Shown piece after piece: positions 36,614-47,357 of a stretch of DNA of 64,000 nucleotides (its first letter is position 1; the number at the start of each line of letters is the position of its first letter). The position numbers and the translations under genes are program-made. The stretch covers positions 1,120,001 through 1,184,000 of the forward strand of contig CAXXTH010000017.1 in the NCBI GenBank assembly GCA_963668025.2. The letters are read 5' to 3'. This stretch comes from Candidatus Hydrogenedentota bacterium (GTDB lineage: Bacteria > Hydrogenedentota > Hydrogenedentia > Hydrogenedentales > SLHB01). Below the pieces are notes generated by a model, which had not been told where the DNA came from, searched no databases, and saw only the letters and a program-made list of their open reading frames with translations.

Positions 36614-39121
36614 TCAATACGCTGGAGGACTGATGCGGGCGATGATGGGCAGTTTGGCTAATGCATTGATGTCTTCGACGCGGATGCTGGCCAGCACTTG
36701 CTTGCCGCCTTCGTTCTTGGACTTGATCTTTACACCCGCCTGTTCGAGCTGCTGGAGCGCCTCATCCGACCAGTTGGCCAGCTCGATGAACACATCCAGG
36801 CGGCCATCGCGCACCTTGACCGCACCTTCCTCATACCGGCCTTCTTTCACTTTGGCCGACAGATCACGCAGCGCGGGATCAATTTTCGCCAAAGCGGCTG
36901 CGTCAAGCGCTTCCTCTTTTTTCGTGGACTCTTTGCGTTCCAATTCGGGTGATGGCTCCCCTGGTGAATTTATTATTGTATCCGCTGAAGATGAGCTTAC
37001 TCCGCTCGAATCCGCAGCGAGAGATGAGGGTGCTAATTGGGGCGAAGTGGCGCTCAAGGATTTATATTTCGTCACTCCTTGGGCTCTCACGCTCTTAACA
37101 GCCATCATTTCCTCGCCGAACACCCCCTCGTAGCTCACGCCATCGGCCATCTCGATGGGCACTTGCACCGTCTTGGTCTTGCCGTCTTTATTGATGACCT
37201 TCTCTTCGACGGCCACGAAGCTGGTGTATTGCGTCACGAGATTGAACTGCAAGCCAGTTTGGATGATCTGCTCTTTGACATCCCGTTTCGGTTTCCCCGA
37301 TTGCATGCCTTCCCAGTCCTGATTCATCAAATCCTCGACGCGCGCCCGCGCCCATAATGACGCTAGGGCGTCGTGTTCAGGGGCCGTCCGGGGCAAATCA
37401 AACGACAACGTGCGCTCGAAGGCTCCCGTGGCGGTTTTACCCTTTATCGTGACCGTACAAGGCAGCGAGGGGCCGGACGATAATTCTGGCGCGAAGCGGC
37501 CCGTCAGAATAATCGGACGCCCCGCGAAAAGATCCGGCAAATTCTTGGGATCGGGATACACCTCTTGCACGCCAGTGAGCCCCTCGATGGTGATGTCCGC
37601 GAGCAGCGGGCTTTGCGTCCAGGCGTGGAAGCGTTCCGCCGCTTTGTCGGCCTGGTTCTCTTCGGCCTGGCCGGAGATGGTAATGACCTCCGAAGCCCCC
37701 CGGCCCACGCGGCCCATGCCCTCGATGAGGAAGCGGTTGACGCTGTTGCCGATGCCGAAGGCGAATACCCGAGCCTTTCCGGCGTTCCGCTGGATGGCCT
37801 CGAGAATGGCCAAGTCGTTGCCAATGAAACCGTCCGTCATGAAACAGACCACACGCAAGCGTTCGGGGTCATCCTGCCCTTCGAGCGCCTTCTGAATCGC
37901 GGCCATCATCTCCGTTCCGCCGCCGCCCTCGAGGTTAGCCAGGTAGTCCAGCGCTTTCTTGCGGTTTTCCTCCGTATTGGGCACGGGCTTCTCGAAGCAT
38001 TCGCCTAACCCCCCCGAGAACGACACCAAGTTGAAGGTATCATTGGGATTCATCTGTTCGATGCAGAGCCGCATGGCCTTCTTGGCCTTCTCGATGGGAA
38101 AGCCGGTCATGGAGCCACTCTTGTCGATGACGAATAGCAGCTCTTTCGGCAGCACTTCCTCGGGAGCGGTCCGCGCGGGAGGCTGAAGAATCAAAGTCAC
38201 GAATCCGCCGCGTTCCGAGGCATGCACGAGCGCCGCATCGGCCACTTTTTCTCCCGCCACTTTGTATTTCAGGATAAAATCACGGTTCGGGATCTCCGCC
38301 TTGTTTTTCAATGCCACCACCGCCTTAGTATCCCCCTCGCGCTGGATATCCACCTCATGCAAATCGGAGCGGATATCCTGGAGCGGCACGCCTGCATCTA
38401 GTTTTACGGTGAGGGCGATATCATGTCCGGCCCGCGTGCCTTCGGGGGTGATAGGCGGCGTGATGCGGCTCGAATCGGGCACTTGATCCGTGCTGGCGGG
38501 CCCAGGCTTGAGGCCCGTTTCGACATCGGACTCGATAGCGTCATCCGGCGACGGCGTGATCTGGCCAGGGATATACCTCGGCCCCACCGTCATGGGAAAG
38601 GCGAATGTGTATTCACCGCCGTCATACACGAGCGTCTCGACATACGATATGGTAATGCGGATCGTGTCGCCAGGCATAATATTCGCCACGGACTGGGTGA
38701 AAATATTAGGCCGCTCCTGGTCGAGGAGGCTTGCGGCCTTGCCCTCATCGCGGGCCTTCTCATAGATCTTCCGCGCTTCCTCGCGCTCCTTGATAAGCCC
38801 TTTGATGACCCGATCCCCGATCGACATGGTCATCGAGTCCACCGCCGCCCGCTCGGACATCGGGAAGGTATAGACCGCTTCGATGGGGCTGTCAAAGGGA
38901 TTGGTGAATTCCTGGGTCAAGGTGATGCGGGCGATAAACCCGGCGATGTCGGCTTGGACATCCGTATGCTTGAGGGGGCACATCCCTTTGGGCTGGCCGT
39001 CTTCATCAAACGCTTCGAGCGCGCCCGGGTTGGACGGGCATTCCTCGAAAGCGGCCGCATTAGGCCCGCCCAGCACCGCCGCGCATATGGCAAGCATTCC
39101 GGAAACCAACAACTTGTTCAT
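36614..39121 (-). CDS. secreted VIT and vWA domain protein
   Basis: signal peptide, VIT (QEFTNP..EAVYTFP), MIDAS DKSGSM, GGTE, TDG, TQYTSFVAVE. Confidence 0.9.
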   Translation of the reverse strand: MNKLLVSGMLAICAAVLGGPNAAAFEECPSNPGALEAFDEDGQPKGMCPLKHTDVQADIAGFIARITLTQEFTNPFDSPIEAVYTFPMSERAAVDSMTMSIGDRVIKGLIKEREEARKIYEKARDEGKAASLLDQERPNIFTQSVANIMPGDTIRITISYVETLVYDGGEYTFAFPMTVGPRYIPGQITPSPDDAIESDVETGLKPGPASTDQVPDSSRITPPITPEGTRAGHDIALTVKLDAGVPLQDIRSDLHEVDIQREGDTKAVVALKNKAEIPNRDFILKYKVAGEKVADAALVHASERGGFVTLILQPPARTAPEEVLPKELLFVIDKSGSMTGFPIEKAKKAMRLCIEQMNPNDTFNLVSFSGGLGECFEKPVPNTEENRKKALDYLANLEGGGGTEMMAAIQKALEGQDDPERLRVVCFMTDGFIGNDLAILEAIQRNAGKARVFAFGIGNSVNRFLIEGMGRVGRGASEVITISGQAEENQADKAAERFHAWTQSPLLADITIEGLTGVQEVYPDPKNLPDLFAGRPIILTGRFAPELSSGPSLPCTVTIKGKTATGAFERTLSFDLPRTAPEHDALASLWARARVEDLMNQDWEGMQSGKPKRDVKEQIIQTGLQFNLVTQYTSFVAVEEKVINKDGKTKTVQVPIEMADGVSYEGVFGEEMMAVKSVRAQGVTKYKSLSATSPQLAPSSLAADSSGVSSSSADTIINSPGEPSPELERKESTKKEEALDAAALAKIDPALRDLSAKVKEGRYEEGAVKVRDGRLDVFIELANWSDEALQQLEQAGVKIKSKNEGGKQVLASIRVEDINALAKLPIIARISPPAY

Positions 39122-39179
39122 AATCGAACCTCCCTATCGTTTAGCGCACATTATGTGCGCGCACATATTTCTATCTCTA

Positions 39180-39204
39180 AGACACCATAATAGGTTTCAG
39201 GTTC
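39180..39204 (-). promoter_or_regulatory. possible ECF sigma promoter for the VIT-vWA gene
   Basis: GAAC-N17-GTCT on the minus strand. Confidence 0.35.
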
Positions 39205-39434
39205 GAACTTTTTTTTTGGTGCGCTTGATGCGTATGCACAGCCTGGCGATAGGCTCATAAAAAGATCAGAAAGCGGTAGCATGCCACCCCGCCCCACATG
39301 CGCTCTAAGCCTTTTCCAATCCAAGAGCATGGTACGGCAGCTTGCTGCCGCTTTGGGCGTGCGGATTCCTTCTGGATGCGCCATATTGGTCATGCCAAAG
39401 CGAGTCGAGCGGCAATGATGGAACGGCACTTTTA

Positions 39435-39696
39435 GTAATACTTTAGTCGGCTGAAGTAGCATCTTGTATTTGGCAGCCTTGTTTATTCCTTTTCGCCGGT
39501 ATTGATACATCATTTTGCATCTGACGACCGACGAGGGCGCAAAGTATCGCAGAGGTCCATTTTTCTCTATTCACGAATATGCGAATAAACAGTTCGAGAG
39601 TGTTTTTTCTACTTTGCGGATCTCTGCGTTCTCCGCGCCTCCGCGTTGAAAATGACCATCCGCCGGCCTTTCTTCACCACGAGGCTGAAGTGTTAC
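39435..39696. mobile_element. MITE-like element (inverted copy) carrying a family-A palindrome
   Basis: ends GTAATACTTTAGTC / GGCTGAAGTGTTAC; about 100 bp colinear with 25147-25251. Confidence 0.75.
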
Positions 39697-39753
39697 TACT
39701 ATTATTTTAAAAGAAGAGCCCAACTGGAAGCCCAACGACAGGATGCCGCTTCG

Positions 39754-42700
39754 TCAGCTATCCAGCACTTCACGCACTTTCTGGCCAAATGATTGCTGCG
39801 AAAATGGCTTCTGAAGGAAGTTGACCCCCTCGTCCAGCACGCCCTGGTGGGCAATCACATTCGCCGTGTAGCCCGACATAAAGAGGTGCTTGACGTTTGG
39901 GTAAAGCGATAAGAGGTGTTTAGCCAAATCGCGGCCGTTCATATCTGGCATCACTACATCGGTGATTAACAGATGGATGTCATCCGCGTGTTTTTCCGCC
40001 AAGCAAATGGCCTCTCCGGGAGTAGAGGCGGCCAGCACATGGTATCCCCACCGTTCAAGCATCCTCGTTCCCATCGCCAGGATGGCCGGCTCATCTTCCA
40101 CCAGCAAGATCGTCTCATGCCCCTTCGCCACCGGTTGGGATGGGATTTGTTTTCGCGTCTCGTCGTTTTTCGCGGCATTGCTCACGGGAAAGTAAATGCG
40201 GAAAGTCGTCCCTTGTCCCAGTTCGCTGTACACGTTGATGAAGCCTTGGTTCTGCTTGACGATGCCGTACACAGTGGCCAGCCCGAGGCCGGTGCCTTCG
40301 CCCACATCCTTCGTGGTGAAGAAAGGCTCGAAGACCAGCGCCTTTGTTTCTTCATCCATGCCGCAGCCATTGTCGCTCACCGCCAGCATCACGTAGGAGC
40401 CAGGTATGAAGCCTATATGGTCGGCGCAATAGGCTTCGTCAAATTGGACCTGCCCCGTCTCGATGGTGACTTTGCCGGCCTCGTGTCCGATGGCGTCACG
40501 GGCATTGACGACTAGATTGGCCAGCAATTGGTCTATCTGGGCGGGATCGATTCGAATCGTCTCCAATCTTTGAGCCGGTTTCCAGCGCAGGTCGATGTCC
40601 TCGCCAATGAGGCGCCGGAGCATCTTGAGCAAGGATTCGACGGTTTCATTGATGTCTAGAATCTTGGGCGCGACCGTCTGCTTGCGGGCGAAAGCCAGCA
40701 ATTGGCGCGTAAGATCCGAGGAGCGTTCGGCCGCCCGCTTGATTTCGTTGATGTCGGTGCGCAAGGCGCTGTCGGCGGATAAATCCTCAAGCGCCATCTC
40801 CGAATACCCGAGGATGACATTGAGCATATTGTTGAAATCGTGCGCCACGCCCCCCGCCAGCCGCCCGACCGATTCCATCTTTTGGGCTTGAGCCAATTGC
40901 CCGCGCAGCTTTTCCCGCTCTTCCTCTGATTTTTTCCGCTCCGTAATCGTTTCCGTGTAGATGATGATGCCGCCGATCACTCCATTTTTTTCATACCACG
41001 GGCGGCATTCCCATCGGCTCCAATCTACCGTGCCATCTGCCCGGTAATACGGGTCGTCTTCGGCGCTAGTTATTTCACCCGCTAACGCCTTCTGGTGGGC
41101 GTCCCGCCATTTTTGAGGAAGGTCTGGGAAAATATCGTAATGGCTTCTCCCGATAATGTCCTGTTCCTTGATTCCATACTCTTCCATGAAGCGCTGACTT
41201 ACATAAATATAATTCATATCCTTATCATACACTGCGACGGCGCTTTGGGTATGCTCGATGATGTATCGCATCATCTCATAGGAATGGGCAATCTCGTCCG
41301 CGGCGCGTTTGCGGTCCGTAATATCCCGGCTCACGGCAAGCATGGCCTCTTGGCCGCCGAAATGCACTTTCGCCGTCTTGATCTCGACTGGATACACATC
41401 ACCGTTCTTGGTGCGATGATACGATTCCAGAACGCTGCCTTCGCCAGGCGCCCATTGGTTCCATTCGCGCAGGATATCCTCCCGTCTGGATTGGCTAGGG
41501 TGCAGATCGAACACACTGCTTTGAAGCAACTCCTCTTTGGAGTATCCCGACTGTTCAACAGCCGCCCTATTCACATCTAGGATGCTCCCATTCACATCAT
41601 GCACGAAAACGCCGTCCGCCAACTGCTCGAACAGAGACCGGTATTTTTCATCACTTATACGCTGGGCTTCTTCGGCCCGTTTACGTTCGCTCAGGTCGCG
41701 GCAGAAACAAACAAACTGGCCTCCATGCTCGGGCAAGAAGGAAGTTGACACTTCAACGGGAAACGCGTGGCCGTCCTTGCGCCGATGGCATGCCTCGAAA
41801 AGCATCGAACCGCTTTGGATAATACGATGAATGAGTGCGGCGGTTTCTTCAGGCGCTTCAGTTGCGTCGACATCGCTTATGGCCCGCCCAATGATTTCCT
41901 CGCGGGTATAACCCAGCATGGCGCAATATGCGTCATTCACCTCGAGAAAGCGCCCTTGGTTGTCAAGCACAAAGAATCCGTCCGGCGTGGTTTGCAGCAC
42001 CATGCGCAGGAATTGCTCCCGTTCTTTGATGGCCTTATCCGCCTGCTTGATTTCGGTGATGTCCGCATGGGTGCCGAACATCGACAAGGGCTTGCCGTCC
42101 GCGTCATAACTCATTATCCGGCCACGGTCCGATATCCAGACCCAATGCCCATCCTTGTGTCGCATGCGGAATTCGCACTCGTAGTCGGGCTTCTCGCCTG
42201 CCACGCAACGGGCCAGGTGCTCTTGCGCCTTCTGCAAATCATCGGGATGCACCAAGCGCTTCCATGTGTTGTAATCACATGGAGCCAGTTCCTCAAGCGT
42301 ATAACCAACGATGCCCGCCCAGGTTTCGTTGAAAACGGTCGCGTTGGTCTGGACATTCCATACCCATGTTCCCTGGCGGGAGCCGTTTATGATAAATTCC
42401 AGCCGCTGGCGCTCCAGCCGCAGGGCGTCTTCGATTTGGTTGCGCTCGGTGATATCATGAATTATGGAGAAGAGAAGCTGTCTTTCTCCGAAATGAATCG
42501 CGCCGCTGTAGACTTCCACATCGCGAACCGCGCCGTTTGCAAGGCGATGGCGGAAATAGAAATGATTGCGTTGCGCTTCACGGGCGGCCTGCATATCTTG
42601 TTTGATTTCGTCGAGCGTCAGGGTGTTGACATCCGAGACTTTCTTGCGTCTCATCTCCGCCCGGCTCCATCCGTAATACCGCTCCGCCGCAGGATTTACG

Positions 42701-43374
42701 TCCACAATGCCGCCATCTTCCGGATCAACAAGCACCATAACGGCATGGTTGTTCTCGAAGAGGCTGCGGTAGCGCTCATCGCTTTCCGCAAGCGCCCGCA
42801 CTCCCAGGCGCTGCCGTTCTCCGGCTAAAAAAACTTGGGCAATCAGTAGAAATGCCGCTGGATAACACAGAAGTATGGGCAAACCGAAGTGGCGCAGGAT
42901 GATTAGTCCCATTCCTCCCGGTAGAAGCAGTTGCAGCGCCAGCATGACGGCATGCACGACAAGGGAAAATAGGAGCAGAGGGGCCGGCCGGACCCACCAT
43001 TCATTCCGGCGGCGCAGATAATGCAACCCAGCGCCCAGCGCCGCCGATTCCACTACAACCGCCGTGCCCACCCACGCGCCCGGGCCTCCGACATAAAAAA
43101 AACGATATGCTCCGCAGAACAGTGCAGCAACCGCCGCCGGGACCGCGCCGCCGAAGAGTCCAGCCAAGCTCAATACGATGGAACGCCCATCATAAATCAC
43201 GCCTGGCGCAAACCGGACGGGCGTCATCATGCCTATGACGCCCACCAGCCCAAATAGCAGGCCTACCACCAAGCGGTACTCGAAGCGGCGGCCTTCAAAC
43301 CGATGCGCCAGCATCTGGAGCGCAATGGCCAGCGCTGTCAGCAGAGCTATGTTGTGAATCAGGTCGAGCAGCAT
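39754..43374 (-). CDS. hybrid sensor histidine kinase (5TM-LytS-like, multiple PAS, HisKA, HATPase, REC)
   Basis: YDGRS membrane domain, PAS repeats, AHDFNN, NARDA, GTGLGLATV, ITDVVMP. Confidence 0.94.
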   Translation of the reverse strand: MLLDLIHNIALLTALAIALQMLAHRFEGRRFEYRLVVGLLFGLVGVIGMMTPVRFAPGVIYDGRSIVLSLAGLFGGAVPAAVAALFCGAYRFFYVGGPGAWVGTAVVVESAALGAGLHYLRRRNEWWVRPAPLLLFSLVVHAVMLALQLLLPGGMGLIILRHFGLPILLCYPAAFLLIAQVFLAGERQRLGVRALAESDERYRSLFENNHAVMVLVDPEDGGIVDVNPAAERYYGWSRAEMRRKKVSDVNTLTLDEIKQDMQAAREAQRNHFYFRHRLANGAVRDVEVYSGAIHFGERQLLFSIIHDITERNQIEDALRLERQRLEFIINGSRQGTWVWNVQTNATVFNETWAGIVGYTLEELAPCDYNTWKRLVHPDDLQKAQEHLARCVAGEKPDYECEFRMRHKDGHWVWISDRGRIMSYDADGKPLSMFGTHADITEIKQADKAIKEREQFLRMVLQTTPDGFFVLDNQGRFLEVNDAYCAMLGYTREEIIGRAISDVDATEAPEETAALIHRIIQSGSMLFEACHRRKDGHAFPVEVSTSFLPEHGGQFVCFCRDLSERKRAEEAQRISDEKYRSLFEQLADGVFVHDVNGSILDVNRAAVEQSGYSKEELLQSSVFDLHPSQSRREDILREWNQWAPGEGSVLESYHRTKNGDVYPVEIKTAKVHFGGQEAMLAVSRDITDRKRAADEIAHSYEMMRYIIEHTQSAVAVYDKDMNYIYVSQRFMEEYGIKEQDIIGRSHYDIFPDLPQKWRDAHQKALAGEITSAEDDPYYRADGTVDWSRWECRPWYEKNGVIGGIIIYTETITERKKSEEEREKLRGQLAQAQKMESVGRLAGGVAHDFNNMLNVILGYSEMALEDLSADSALRTDINEIKRAAERSSDLTRQLLAFARKQTVAPKILDINETVESLLKMLRRLIGEDIDLRWKPAQRLETIRIDPAQIDQLLANLVVNARDAIGHEAGKVTIETGQVQFDEAYCADHIGFIPGSYVMLAVSDNGCGMDEETKALVFEPFFTTKDVGEGTGLGLATVYGIVKQNQGFINVYSELGQGTTFRIYFPVSNAAKNDETRKQIPSQPVAKGHETILLVEDEPAILAMGTRMLERWGYHVLAASTPGEAICLAEKHADDIHLLITDVVMPDMNGRDLAKHLLSLYPNVKHLFMSGYTANVIAHQGVLDEGVNFLQKPFSQQSFGQKVREVLDS

Positions 43375-43645
43375 TGCGTATACCTTTAGCCTATTTACTC
43401 CCCGGCCTTTCGGCGCGAGTATCTAAATGTTTCGATGGCTATTGGCGCACGGGCTCCTTTTTTCTATGTGTATACGGCATCGGCAGATCCATCCCGCATT
43501 TAGTATCAACACTTTGGGGGGGCGGTTCAAGGTTTTGCGGTCCGCATGCTTATTCTTGGATAAACTGTACTCCGCCATTGCGGGATTGGTATGATGCTTG
43601 GAAAATAGAAATGGCCTTGTATGTCATCGTAGAGGAATACGTATT

Positions 43646-44419
43646 ATGAATCGCATTGCATGGGCATTGTTGGTGGTGTTGGGACTCAGTGGGTGCTGGC
43701 AGCCGGAGCCGATTCCGTTCGAGCCTCCCAAGGGCGAACCAGGAGTGAAGCCCGCAGCACCCGTGGATGACACATCCGCGGTCATGGGCAAAGAATTGAA
43801 GGTGGGCGATGTCGAACAAACCGTCACGATAAATATGTCCCTATCGCAGCGTTCCCAGGCCCGGAATATAACGGAGGAAGTGCTTGCCGACAAGCTCGAG
43901 CGGGTTCGATTGCTGACGATTAATATCAATCCGCCGTTCCCGAATTCCTTGTGGCTTGACACGGTAGTGAAAGCGAAAAACGACTTTCATTACACGCCGG
44001 TCGTATTGCGAGGCTCCTATCTTCGTAATGAAAAGGAATCGCTAGGGGATATCAAGCTGGTCTTGGCTGGGCGCTTCAGCGACGATTATAATTTACAGCC
44101 AATCGATGTCCTGGCGGGATTGGAGCAGGTTCCAGAGACCATGCTCATCAGCATGGACCTCGAAGCGCTATTGATGCCGCCAGGCACAGACCCTGCCGCG
44201 ATAAAGCCGGATACCGCTACTACGCCGCCGGAGCGCATCACACGGGCCATGTATTATAAGACCGCTGTTCGTATTAATTTTAACAAAGGAGGCGGCGCGC
44301 AAGCATCCGAATCGGCGGCGGCGGTTCCTTTATCGGAGAACAGCGCCGCGAATACCGCCGCGCCGCCCGCACCGTCCTTGGCGGCCCCTCCGCCCGCACC
44401 ACCGGCTTCGGCGCAATAG
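43646..44419 (+). CDS. hypothetical lipoprotein
   Basis: LSGC lipobox, GAGG RBS, Pro/Ala tail. Confidence 0.75.
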   Translation: MNRIAWALLVVLGLSGCWQPEPIPFEPPKGEPGVKPAAPVDDTSAVMGKELKVGDVEQTVTINMSLSQRSQARNITEEVLADKLERVRLLTININPPFPNSLWLDTVVKAKNDFHYTPVVLRGSYLRNEKESLGDIKLVLAGRFSDDYNLQPIDVLAGLEQVPETMLISMDLEALLMPPGTDPAAIKPDTATTPPERITRAMYYKTAVRINFNKGGGAQASESAAAVPLSENSAANTAAPPAPSLAAPPPAPPASAQ

Positions 44420-44588
44420 CGCGTTTGGCGGGCGGAACTGCTTTGCATTCCAGCCGGGGAATCTGGGATGTGAATGATGGGAAGGCTTTTTACGTTACAA
44501 TTAACGAGCATTTCGTGCAAACGCTCGTTTTTTGACAGGTTCGGCTTCACGAAATTACAATTTATTCACACTATTAGGAGGCCGTGTC

Positions 44589-44903
44589 GTGTATATTGTA
44601 CGCATAGAAGATGTGAAACCGGATCAGGTGCTTGCTAAAGCAGTGACTAACCGGACGGGCGCTACGCTGTGTCCGCCTGGATTCAAAATGACTGAGGCCG
44701 CCATTGCCCGGCTTAAAACGGCTGGCATCGAGTCGGTAATCCTGGAAGGCGGGCCCGATGAAGACACTCATTATCAAGAACGCCTAGATGAGTTGAATAA
44801 GCGTTTCGAGGGGGTCGATGATCCCATTATGTTGCAAATAAAGGCCGCTCTGGTCAAGCGCATCTCATTCATGGCCATGGAAGACGGCGAACAACGGGAA
44901 TAA
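44589..44903 (+). CDS. small protein resembling the N-terminal domain of HD-GYP/HDOD-linked proteins
   Basis: IEDVKPDQVLAKAV...G.TLCP.G..MTE..I.RL...GIESV; AGGAGG RBS, GTG start. Confidence 0.72.
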   Translation: MYIVRIEDVKPDQVLAKAVTNRTGATLCPPGFKMTEAAIARLKTAGIESVILEGGPDEDTHYQERLDELNKRFEGVDDPIMLQIKAALVKRISFMAMEDGEQRE

Positions 44904-44949
44904 GCGGCGTAAGTTGATAGCGGCAGGCAGCAAATGAAGGAGCCTTTAG

Positions 44950-45792
44950 GTGCCTCTGACCGAAGCAAAGATAGAAGCAAAAGTCATCGAGCTGGTTAAT
45001 TTGCCGACACTTCCGGGCATTTTGAAAAAGATCAGCAAGATGACGGAGAACCGCGAATCGAATGCGGCCGATGTCGCGGAGATCATCAGCGCGGACCAAG
45101 TATTGAGCGCCAAAGTATTGCGGCTGGTCAATTCGCCAGTGTATGGCTTTCCGGGCCGCATCTCCTCGATTACGCATGCGGTGGTGCTGTTGGGTTTCAA
45201 TGTGGTCAAGGGGATGGTGCTCGGAACGGCGGTGTTTAACTCGATAGGCTCCCACGGCCAGGGCCTTTGGGAACACAGCCTCGGTTGTGCGATCTTGAGC
45301 AGGCGAATCGCCAAAGAAATCGACCTTCATGATGTGGAGGAAGTCATGATCGCCGGCTTGCTTCATGACTTAGGCAAAGTCGTGTTGTCATATCTGTTTC
45401 CAAAAGATTATGAGCGCGCCGTGGCAATGGCCCAGATGCGCCATTGCCATATTAGCGAAACGGAACGGGAAGAGCTGGGAGTGGACCATCCCCGCGTGAG
45501 CCGGTGGCTCGCGGATGAATGGCATTTTCCCGACCGGCTTTCTGAACCGCTCATTTATCATCACATGCCGGAACGCGCCCGGCGCAGCCAGGAAGTCACC
45601 GATGTCGTGCATATAGCGGATATTTTGACGCGAGGCATGGGATATGGGTATCCTGGCGATTCCACGATGCCGCTGCTGGACCATGAGTCATTTCACCGAC
45701 TCGGGCTTTCTTTTGACCAAATCGACCGGATCCTTGCTGACGCGGAGATGGAGTTCCTGGCGGGCGCTGATGTATTTGCAATGGGGGCATAA
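44950..45792 (+). CDS. HDOD domain protein
   Basis: LPTLP, KVLRLVNSP.YG, WEHS, AGLLHDLGK, GVDH, W.FP. Confidence 0.92.
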   Translation: MPLTEAKIEAKVIELVNLPTLPGILKKISKMTENRESNAADVAEIISADQVLSAKVLRLVNSPVYGFPGRISSITHAVVLLGFNVVKGMVLGTAVFNSIGSHGQGLWEHSLGCAILSRRIAKEIDLHDVEEVMIAGLLHDLGKVVLSYLFPKDYERAVAMAQMRHCHISETEREELGVDHPRVSRWLADEWHFPDRLSEPLIYHHMPERARRSQEVTDVVHIADILTRGMGYGYPGDSTMPLLDHESFHRLGLSFDQIDRILADAEMEFLAGADVFAMGA

Positions 45793-45803
45793 CGAATACA
45801 ATC

Positions 45804-46742
45804 ATGACGGATACACCCAAAATCGTGCTTGTAGCCGATTCACAGTCCAGCACGCTCAATTTATTAAGCGGCGCGGTTGCGGCGGCAGGATTTCTGGTGC
45901 GTCCCGCGGCATCTTTCCACGAAGCGATTGAATCGTTTTACGCCCAGCCTCCCCAATGCATCATTACGCGCTTGGAAATGGAAGATTCGCCCTGCTCCAA
46001 ACTGCTGGATGAAATCAAACGGGATAACTTTTATGGCCATTTGCCGGTCATCCTCGTGGCGAGGCAGGAATATATCGAGCGTGGCATCGATTGGCATCTC
46101 GTTCCAGCGGATGATTATTTGATAGAGCCGTTGAGCGTATGGGAGGTGGCTTCCCGAGTCCGGTTGTGCTTGTCCAGGGCGCTGCGTGATGTCAATGCGA
46201 ATCCGCTTACGGGCCTGCCGGGCAACTTAACCATCATGCGCGAGGCCGAGCGCCGCCTCAGCACGGGCCAGCGCTTCAGTTTCGCCTATCTCGACGTGGA
46301 CAGTTTTAAATCGTTCAATGACAAATATGGCTTTTCACGCGGCGATGAAGTGCTCCGAATGACCGCCCGGATCATCGTTAATGCCGTCCGCTCCCTTGAT
46401 AGCCTCGATACTTATGTCGGCCATATCGGCGGCGATGATTTTGTCTTTATTACGCCATGTGAGTTCATGGCCCACGCCTGCCAGCGCATCGCCAGCAATT
46501 TCGACCTTATCGTCCGCGATTTTTATGATGCCGATGATCGGGAAAATGGGTTTATCCAGTCCATGGACCGCCAAGGCAAGCCCCAGACCTTTCCCCTTAT
46601 GAGCGTTTCCATCGGAGCCGTGGACACGAGCACTGCGGAAATCCAGCATGTAGCCGATATGTTCACGCGCGTCACGGAAGTCAAATCATTCGCCAAGCGC
46701 CTGCCCGGCTCGAATTTCATCATGGACCGCCGCCGCGGATAA
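45804..46742 (+). CDS. pseudo-receiver plus GGDEF (GGDDF) protein
   Basis: ANPLTGLPGN, DVDSFKSFNDKYGFSRGD, HIGGDDF. Confidence 0.88.
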   Translation: MTDTPKIVLVADSQSSTLNLLSGAVAAAGFLVRPAASFHEAIESFYAQPPQCIITRLEMEDSPCSKLLDEIKRDNFYGHLPVILVARQEYIERGIDWHLVPADDYLIEPLSVWEVASRVRLCLSRALRDVNANPLTGLPGNLTIMREAERRLSTGQRFSFAYLDVDSFKSFNDKYGFSRGDEVLRMTARIIVNAVRSLDSLDTYVGHIGGDDFVFITPCEFMAHACQRIASNFDLIVRDFYDADDRENGFIQSMDRQGKPQTFPLMSVSIGAVDTSTAEIQHVADMFTRVTEVKSFAKRLPGSNFIMDRRRG

Positions 46743-46827
46743 TACATCGCCCCCCCCTTCATGTTAGAATACCGTCAGGAAGGGCAGGGAAAATGGAATG
46801 CTTGCCCCTATGCAGAAAGGGCGCAGC

Positions 46828-47226
46828 ATGAATTCTTCCGAGCTTTTTCCCAGCAAGCCCCATCACCGCCCAACCCGGCTGGTCATCCTATGCTCCATTT
46901 TAGCGCTCTCCGTGACCGCTGGCGCCGCCCATTTTGTCCGCGTGCATCACGACGAAGACACCTTGCTGGAATATGGAAGAGCCATCGTGGAACAAGCCAA
47001 TGCGGAGGATCCGGTTCCAGTCTCCGAAGCAGGCCCTGAAGCGGATGTCGAACTCGAGGCCTACTGTTCGTACGCTTATCTTGTCGCAGGAAAGAAGACG
47101 GGGAAGATCCGCATGATTCTAAAGCCCCGCCCCCATGCGCCCGTCCAAAAAATGACCCCCATTTGTTATATCTGTGATTACCAAGAGGGTGCTTGGCGTC
47201 AGGTCGAAAGCTATTCCGAGCATTGA
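46828..47226 (+). CDS. hypothetical membrane-anchored protein
   Basis: single TM near the N-terminus; RBS-like GAAAGGG. Confidence 0.65.
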   Translation: MNSSELFPSKPHHRPTRLVILCSILALSVTAGAAHFVRVHHDEDTLLEYGRAIVEQANAEDPVPVSEAGPEADVELEAYCSYAYLVAGKKTGKIRMILKPRPHAPVQKMTPICYICDYQEGAWRQVESYSEH

Positions 47227-47291
47227 TTCGCGGCCGTTTCCATGATGCTTCCAACTGAACGGCCCGTGCAGGCGGCTGTTTTTTAGGCAGC

Positions 47292-47326
47292 AAAAGCGGG
47301 CAGCCCTTCCGGGCGGCCCGCTTTTT
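47292..47326. terminator. bidirectional intrinsic terminator
   Basis: AAAAGCGGGC...GCCCGCTTTTT between convergent genes. Confidence 0.8.
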
Positions 47327-47357
47327 ATTCCTGTTCCGCTTTCCTCGATAGGTGTAA

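Noticed and set aside
36231-36617. 128-aa N-terminal extension of ClpP
   Set aside because: Runs through a REP doublet, is not protein-like, and an RBS-supported ATG exists at 36230.
39144-39160. dif site
   Set aside because: GCGCACAT.ATGTGCGC palindrome lacks the XerD arm TTATGTTAAAT; at most an operator or hairpin.
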